Shown piece after piece: positions 59,238 to 64,000 of a DNA stretch of 64,000 bases (position 1 is its first letter; every line of letters begins with the position of its first letter). The notes below the pieces were generated by a model, which was not told the origin of the DNA, did not search any database, and saw nothing but the letters and a program-made list of their open reading frames with translations. Origin of the DNA: Actinomycetes bacterium (GTDB lineage: Bacteria; Actinomycetota; Actinomycetes; Nanopelagicales; Nanopelagicaceae); contig BJFY01000004.1 of the NCBI GenBank assembly GCA_014190155.1, positions 51,569 to 115,568 of the forward strand, read 5' to 3'. A program made the position numbers and the translations under genes.

Positions 59238-59846
59238 TTACATCCGTGAAAGTGCTTGTGCTGCATATTCATACGCGGCTGCGATACTTCCGGTAGAAAC
59301 AATCTCTTGCTTCCATAAGGCACCGCCCAAACAGACTCCTTTTACGCCTAATTTTAAATATTCTTTGACTTCTTCTGGAGTCGCACCACCTGAAACAACG
59401 ATTGGTAAATCGGGAAGCGGTTCTAGAACGCTTCGCACATACTCCATGCCGCCTACTGCCCAAATTGGAAATATCTTTACAGCAGTAGCTCCCCATTTCA
59501 TTGCTTGCACCATTTCAGTTGGGGTTACTGCCCCAGGCGTTACTTTCAATCCATGTTTAACTGCAGCTTCAATAACTTCGCGATCCGAGTGCGGCGATAC
59601 AACAAAGCAACCACCAACTTTCGCTACTTCGTTAACTTGGGCAACCGTTCTAACGGTTCCAGCACCGACGCGCTCCACGCCTTCGCCTACTAAAGTTTTA
59701 ATAACTTCAATTGCATTCGGAACGGTTAGCGTTACTTCGATTGAATCTACAACGGTGTCATTTAGCGCGCGTGCTATTAATAAAGCATCATCAGGGTTAT
59801 CTGTTCTTATTACAGCGATTACACCAGAGTTAAACGTTCTGGTCAT
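59238..59846 (-). CDS. eda: KDPG/KHG (Eda-type) aldolase
   Basis: VGAGTVRT...FVVSPH and Schiff-base Lys context ATAVKIFP. Confidence 0.75.
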   Translation of the reverse strand: MTRTFNSGVIAVIRTDNPDDALLIARALNDTVVDSIEVTLTVPNAIEVIKTLVGEGVERVGAGTVRTVAQVNEVAKVGGCFVVSPHSDREVIEAAVKHGLKVTPGAVTPTEMVQAMKWGATAVKIFPIWAVGGMEYVRSVLEPLPDLPIVVSGGATPEEVKEYLKLGVKGVCLGGALWKQEIVSTGSIAAAYEYAAQALSRM

Positions 59847-60610
59847 ACTGCAGTTAGCCCAGCGTCCATTGAAAAAACTGAACCATTCACAAAGCGCGCT
59901 TCTGGACTTAACAAGAATGCGATTCCGTGTGCAACTTCTTCAGGTGTTCCCATTCGACCATCAAGTTGGCGAGCTTCCATTAATTTTCTAGTTGCAACTG
60001 GATCAGGTGCGTCGGAAAGAATTCGGCCAATCCAAGTTGAGTCAACTGTTCCTGGGGCGATTGCATTTACTCGAATTCCATCGAGAGCATGATCGGCGGC
60101 GATACATCTTGTTAGGCCAACTACTGCAGCTTTAGATGCACAGTATGCAACGCGATTTTTTAAGCCAACCAGAGCGCCAGCGGATGCGACGTTAACTATT
60201 ACGCCACCGCCTCTTTTAACCATTTGCGGCACAATTACTTTGCACATAATGAAGGTCGCTTTGATATTTACATCGAAAGTTAAATCCCATTCATCAAGTG
60301 TGGTCTGTTCAACGGTTCGCGCAAAACCGATCCCTGCGTTGTTCACAAGCGCATCTACCTCAAATTCAGTGGATTTCTTACTCAACACCTCTAAAACATT
60401 TGCACCGTCGGAGAGATCGAGGTTCAAGACTTCTACCGTAGTCCCGTGTTTAAGCAGGCTGGTTTTAGCTATTTCAAGATTAGACAAATCTTTATCAATT
60501 AAGAAAAGGTCATAACCTTTTTGCGCCAAATTATCAGCAGTCGCTAATCCAATTCCATTAGCGCCACCGGTAATTAATGCGAGCTTACGTTTTGAACCTT
60601 TGTAGCTCAT
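59843..60610 (-). CDS. SDR-family NAD(P)-dependent oxidoreductase
   Basis: TGGANGIGLA cofactor motif. Catalytic YCASKAAV. Confidence 0.85.
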   Translation of the reverse strand: MSYKGSKRKLALITGGANGIGLATADNLAQKGYDLFLIDKDLSNLEIAKTSLLKHGTTVEVLNLDLSDGANVLEVLSKKSTEFEVDALVNNAGIGFARTVEQTTLDEWDLTFDVNIKATFIMCKVIVPQMVKRGGGVIVNVASAGALVGLKNRVAYCASKAAVVGLTRCIAADHALDGIRVNAIAPGTVDSTWIGRILSDAPDPVATRKLMEARQLDGRMGTPEEVAHGIAFLLSPEARFVNGSVFSMDAGLTAV

Positions 60611-61266
60611 TACTTCTCAGCTACCACTTGGTTCTTTAGAATTCCGATTTTTTCAATCTCGATTTCAATTACATCGCCATCTTGCATGAAGATAGGTGGC
60701 TTATAGAAAGTTCCAACTCCATGCGGTGTGCCAGTAGTTATGACATCACCGGCTTCTAAAGTTACCCGTTGGCTGATATATGAAATCAGATAAGGCACGT
60801 TAAAAATTAAGTTGCTGGTATTGCTAGTTTGCATGGTCTTGCCATTTAACCGTGCTTCAATTTTGAGATTATGTGGATCTGGAATCTGACTCGCTGGCAC
60901 AATTACTGGTCCGATTGGGCCGTAGGTGTCGTATGACTTGCTGCGCACCCATTGACCATCTTTACCTTGAGCTTCGCGGTCGGTCACATCGTTCATACAG
61001 GTATAGCCAGATACATAGCTAAGTGCATCGCTCTCTGCAACATGCGATGCCCGCTTGCCAATTACTACTGCAAATTCAGCTTCCCAGTCGAGTTGAGTTA
61101 CGCCTTTATGTAAAGTGATGTTTGCGCCATTCGGAATAAGGGAGGTGGTCCATTTTGTAAATAGAACTGGCGCCAACGGAAGTGGCACTCCAGCTTCTTT
61201 TGCATGATCTTTGTAATTCAAGCCAACTGCAATGACTTTTCCAGGGATAGGAAGTGGCAAATTCAT
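60610..61266 (-). CDS. Fumarylacetoacetate hydrolase-family protein (FAHD1/YcgM-like acylpyruvase type)
   Basis: 218 aa. VGLNYKDHA, WEAEFAVVIG, MNDVTDRE and TGTPHGVG motifs. SD GAGAGGAA. Confidence 0.85.
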   Translation of the reverse strand: MNLPLPIPGKVIAVGLNYKDHAKEAGVPLPLAPVLFTKWTTSLIPNGANITLHKGVTQLDWEAEFAVVIGKRASHVAESDALSYVSGYTCMNDVTDREAQGKDGQWVRSKSYDTYGPIGPVIVPASQIPDPHNLKIEARLNGKTMQTSNTSNLIFNVPYLISYISQRVTLEAGDVITTGTPHGVGTFYKPPIFMQDGDVIEIEIEKIGILKNQVVAEK

Positions 61267-61332
61267 GATTATTCCTCTCTAGTGGGCTTGGCGAAATTGA
61301 TATGTCGAAAGACTACCCCCCAGATGGCAAAT

Positions 61333-61340
61333 TGTATACA
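61333..61340. promoter_or_regulatory. Perfect 8-bp palindrome TGTATACA in the divergent control region
   Basis: Lies in the 106-nt spacer between the FAH operon (start 61266) and the 2HADH/lipoyl/E1 operon (ATG 61373). It has a GT-N-AC core like GntR-type operators. No regulator gene is in the window. Confidence 0.25.
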
Positions 61341-61372
61341 GTAAACCCCTGAGCCTATCCAAGGAGAAATTG

Positions 61373-62344
61373 ATGCCAAAAGTCAGAATTGCCATTGCCG
61401 AAGGGGCGTTAGCAGACCTAGCCTGGGCAACTTCTGTTGCAGAAAAATTTGATTTTGAGGTCGTTTTTGGTCCGGTAGATACGTTGGCCGAATTGCAAAC
61501 AACTGCAAAAGATTGTGCTGTGGTCGTGGTTGCACTTCATAAAATGACTGAAGAGAAAATTTCACAAATGCCGGAATCGGTAAAGTGCATTAGCCGACTA
61601 GGTGTTGGCTTGGACAGCATTGATTTGGTTGCTGCTGCAAAATATAAATTGCCGGTAATTTTCCAACCTACTTATGCATATAACGAAGTTGCAAACCATG
61701 CTGCTGCGATGGCGCTAGCACTTCATCGAGGAATTTATCAAGCTACCACTACTACGCAGGATGGTAAATGGATTCCAGCAACTCAGATCGCCGAAATTAC
61801 CTCTTTGCAAGATTCAACGCTAGGTGTAATTGGATGCGGTCGAATCGGTCAAACATTTATTAAGAAAATGCAACCATTTGTTAAAGATGTAATTGGATTT
61901 GACCCTGCAGTTACGCAAGCCATTCCTGGTGTAACCATGACAAAAAATCTTGATGAGCTATTAACAAAATGCAAAGTGATAAGCATGCATGCTCCTTATA
62001 TGCCATCAACGCATCACATGATCGGCAAGCGCGAATTAGCGCTTATGCAAAAAGGATCGATTTTAGTTAACGTTTCGCGCGGTGGCTTAATTGATGAAGC
62101 TGCTCTAATGGAAGCACTTGAAAGTGGCCACTTAGATGGAGCCGGTCTCGATGTATTCGAGAAGGAACCGCTAGCCGAAGATGCTCCGATTCGTAAAACC
62201 AAGAATTTATTGCTTTCGCCACATATAGCTTGGTATTCGAAGAGTTCAGGCCCTCGCTTAGTCGAATGGGGATTAATGGACGCCGTAAATTTCATTACAA
62301 AACAGACGATTAGCAATGGCAAATTCGCAGCTGGCCCTTTCTAG
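61373..62344 (+). CDS. D-isomer-specific 2-hydroxyacid dehydrogenase (CtBP/PGDH-like)
   Basis: NAD site LGVIGCGRIGQ, then SRGGLIDE and PHIAW. AAGGAG lies 6 nt before ATG 61373. The track lists TTG 61370. Confidence 0.8.
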   Translation: MPKVRIAIAEGALADLAWATSVAEKFDFEVVFGPVDTLAELQTTAKDCAVVVVALHKMTEEKISQMPESVKCISRLGVGLDSIDLVAAAKYKLPVIFQPTYAYNEVANHAAAMALALHRGIYQATTTTQDGKWIPATQIAEITSLQDSTLGVIGCGRIGQTFIKKMQPFVKDVIGFDPAVTQAIPGVTMTKNLDELLTKCKVISMHAPYMPSTHHMIGKRELALMQKGSILVNVSRGGLIDEAALMEALESGHLDGAGLDVFEKEPLAEDAPIRKTKNLLLSPHIAWYSKSSGPRLVEWGLMDAVNFITKQTISNGKFAAGPF

Positions 62345-62363
62345 GTATAAAGGAGATATATAA

Positions 62364-62612
62364 ATGGAAGAGATATTTGTGCCAGCACTTGGAATGGCGA
62401 TGGATAACGCGATGTTGCTCGAATGGTTGAAACAGCCAGGCGATGTTGTAAACGCCGGAGATGTAGTTGCCGTAATTGAAACTGATAAGACAACTTTAGA
62501 TTTACCTGCTGAAACATCAGGGGTGCTCGGAAAACATAGATACGCCGCAAATACAGAAGTGCCTGCCGGAAATACGATTGCTGTGGTGCTTGCACCTGGC
62601 GAAGTGGAGTAG
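62364..62612 (+). CDS. Free-standing lipoyl-attachment domain protein (82 aa)
   Basis: Complete single lipoyl domain: PALGMAMDNAMLLEWLKQPGDVVNAGDVVAVIETDKTTLDLPAETSGVL, with the ETDK lipoyl-lysine motif. SD AAGGAG. No E2 catalytic domain is attached. Confidence 0.8.
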   Translation: MEEIFVPALGMAMDNAMLLEWLKQPGDVVNAGDVVAVIETDKTTLDLPAETSGVLGKHRYAANTEVPAGNTIAVVLAPGEVE

Positions 62613-62615
62613 TTA

Positions 62616-63602
62616 ATGTCAAAGTTAGATAAGAGCACTGCGTTAGCGCTATTGCGTCAGATGATGGTGATCCGAGATTTTGAAGAGACTGCCGATAAAT
62701 TATGTTTGCGCGGAAAAGTTCCGGGCGGAATGCATAACTCATCCGGCCAAGAAGCGGTCGCGGTTGGTACTTTATCTGCGATTGCAAAAGATGACGTTAT
62801 CGCCACAACGCATAGATCTCATCACCACACTCTTGCAAAAGGTTATTCTGCGAAATCTGTTATGGCGGAGTTGTTTACTAAATCAACTGGAATTTCACAT
62901 GGACGCGGTGGATCAATGCACTTAGCTGAAGTTACCGAAGGTCATTTCGGCGGCAATGGAATTGTTGGCGCTGGTGTTGGAATTGCAATGGGTGCCGCAC
63001 TTGGTATTCAACATATCGGGGATAAGAAAATTGCGGTTGGTTTCGTTGGTGACGGTGGTATGAACACCGGTAGAACTTGGGAGTCAATAAATATGGCTTC
63101 GATTTGGAAGCTGCCGTTAATTATTTTGGTTGATAACAACCAATATGCGGTGGAAACTTTCGTTGGCCGAGTAACTGGAGGCGGCGATTTAGCTAAGCGC
63201 GCATCTGGATTCGGATTACCCGCCTACAACATCGATGGTCAAGATGTGCTTGAAGTTCGTAAGTATGTTTCCGAGGCCCGGGAGCGAGCGCTTGCCGGCG
63301 AGGGTCCAACCTTCATAAATGCGCTTACATATAGGTATTACGGCCATAACGTAGGTGAAAAAGGGCAATACCGAACCCAAGAAGAGATTGCCCAATGGCG
63401 AACCACCCAAGATCCAATCGATAAATTTACTGAAGTAGTTATCTCTTCTGGATTTGCTACTCAAGCTGAAGTCGAAGAACTGCGCGCTTCGGTTCGTAAG
63501 GAAATTGAAGAAGCCGTTGCTTTCGCCGAATCTTCACCAGAGCCAGAAATTGCATCGATCACCCAAGGGGTAGATTCAGGAAAGTTAGGAGTGCAACTAT
63601 GA
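62616..63602 (+). CDS. ThDP-dependent 2-oxoacid/acetoin dehydrogenase E1 alpha subunit (AcoA-like)
   Basis: SGQEAVAVG, THRSHHHTLAKG, GGSMH, and ThDP motif GDGGMNTGRTWESINMASIWKLPLIILVDNNQYA. Confidence 0.9.
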   Translation: MSKLDKSTALALLRQMMVIRDFEETADKLCLRGKVPGGMHNSSGQEAVAVGTLSAIAKDDVIATTHRSHHHTLAKGYSAKSVMAELFTKSTGISHGRGGSMHLAEVTEGHFGGNGIVGAGVGIAMGAALGIQHIGDKKIAVGFVGDGGMNTGRTWESINMASIWKLPLIILVDNNQYAVETFVGRVTGGGDLAKRASGFGLPAYNIDGQDVLEVRKYVSEARERALAGEGPTFINALTYRYYGHNVGEKGQYRTQEEIAQWRTTQDPIDKFTEVVISSGFATQAEVEELRASVRKEIEEAVAFAESSPEPEIASITQGVDSGKLGVQL

Positions 63603-64000
63603 CAACTGAGGTAAAAGCCGTTACCCCAACCTATTCTGAAGCATTCCAATCTGGCGTGCGCGAAGAGATGAATCGCAATAAGAAAATATTTATTATCGGC
63701 ACCGACTTGGTAGAACGCGGCGGCCACTTTGCGCAAGTAAAAGGCATCGCACAAGAATTCGGTCTTAAACAAGTTCGAGATGCACCCATCTCTGAAGCTG
63801 CGATGATTGCAGCGGGTATGGGCGCAGCTATGTATGGCTGCCATCCAATCGTAGATTTGAACTTCATCGATTTCTCACTTGGTGCGATGGATGAAATTAT
63901 TAACCAAGCGGCAAAAATTCGATTTATGTTTGATCGGCCAGTTCCGCTTGTAATTAGAGCAACTTCTGGGGTCGCTCTTGGTGGCGCTCACCATTGCAAC
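63599..64000 (+). CDS. 2-oxoacid/acetoin dehydrogenase E1 beta subunit (AcoB-like), 3' end off-window
   Basis: Not in the ORF track because it runs off the end. ATG 63599 overlaps the E1 alpha stop (ATGA). Translation MTTEVKAVTPTYSEAFQSGVREEMNRNKKIFIIGTDL...VRDAPISEAAMIAAGMGAAMYG matches the E1 beta N-terminal domain. Confidence 0.85.
   Translation, partial: MTTEVKAVTPTYSEAFQSGVREEMNRNKKIFIIGTDLVERGGHFAQVKGIAQEFGLKQVRDAPISEAAMIAAGMGAAMYGCHPIVDLNFIDFSLGAMDEIINQAAKIRFMFDRPVPLVIRATSGVALGGAHHCN

Noticed and set aside
59365-59991. 208-aa plus-strand ORF spanning the eda/SDR junction.
   Set aside because: It is antisense to two well-supported genes, has a Thr/Ser/Pro-rich composition and shows no motif. 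It is most likely a frame artefact.
62273-62787. Minus-strand ORFs 62273..62638 and 62341..62787 overlapping the lipoyl-domain and E1 alpha genes.
   Set aside because: The plus-strand genes have SDs and unmistakable family motifs. The minus-strand translations have none.

Overview
Gene-dense chromosomal segment: about 62 protein genes and one tRNA. I found no rRNA, CRISPR array, transposase or integrase. The source is an actinobacterium. Two things support this. There is a 32-codon bS22 gene. There is also a ~25-kb co-directional minus-strand array, clpC-(GNAT)-lysS-coaX-nadC-nadB-panC-folK-folB-folP-folE-ftsH-hpt-tilS, that follows the Mycobacterium Rv3596c-Rv3625c order (recalled from memory). 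The DNA looks AT-leaning for this phylum (GC not computed) and is very compact. Many start/stop overlaps are 1-23 nt, and all six convergent junctions have 0-5 nt spacing or overlap. This suggests a streamlined lineage, which is inference only. The left part (1-37.7 kb) holds core functions plus a MurNAc-type cell-wall-sugar scavenging cluster. The right part (38.5-64 kb) looks accessory. It carries two class-III aminotransferases around mmsA, a DrrABC-like exporter, an FAH/Ldh2 pair with a Dpp-type ABC importer, a seven-gene operon (FAH-SDR-Eda-truncated AceE-like E1-2HADH-ABM-ppdK), and a divergent operon with a free-standing lipoyl-domain protein followed by AcoA/AcoB-like E1 subunits. I see no defence or mobile system. 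The points most worth a second look are the ThDP/lipoyl catabolic divergon at 52.9-64 kb, the PTS-independent MurNAc cluster, the unlisted bS22 gene, the apparent widespread leaderless promoter layout (TAGGCT/TANNNT 6-8 nt from start codons), and terminators placed inside operons after binding-protein genes while convergent gene ends have none. All functional calls rest on motif recognition by eye; no database search was run.
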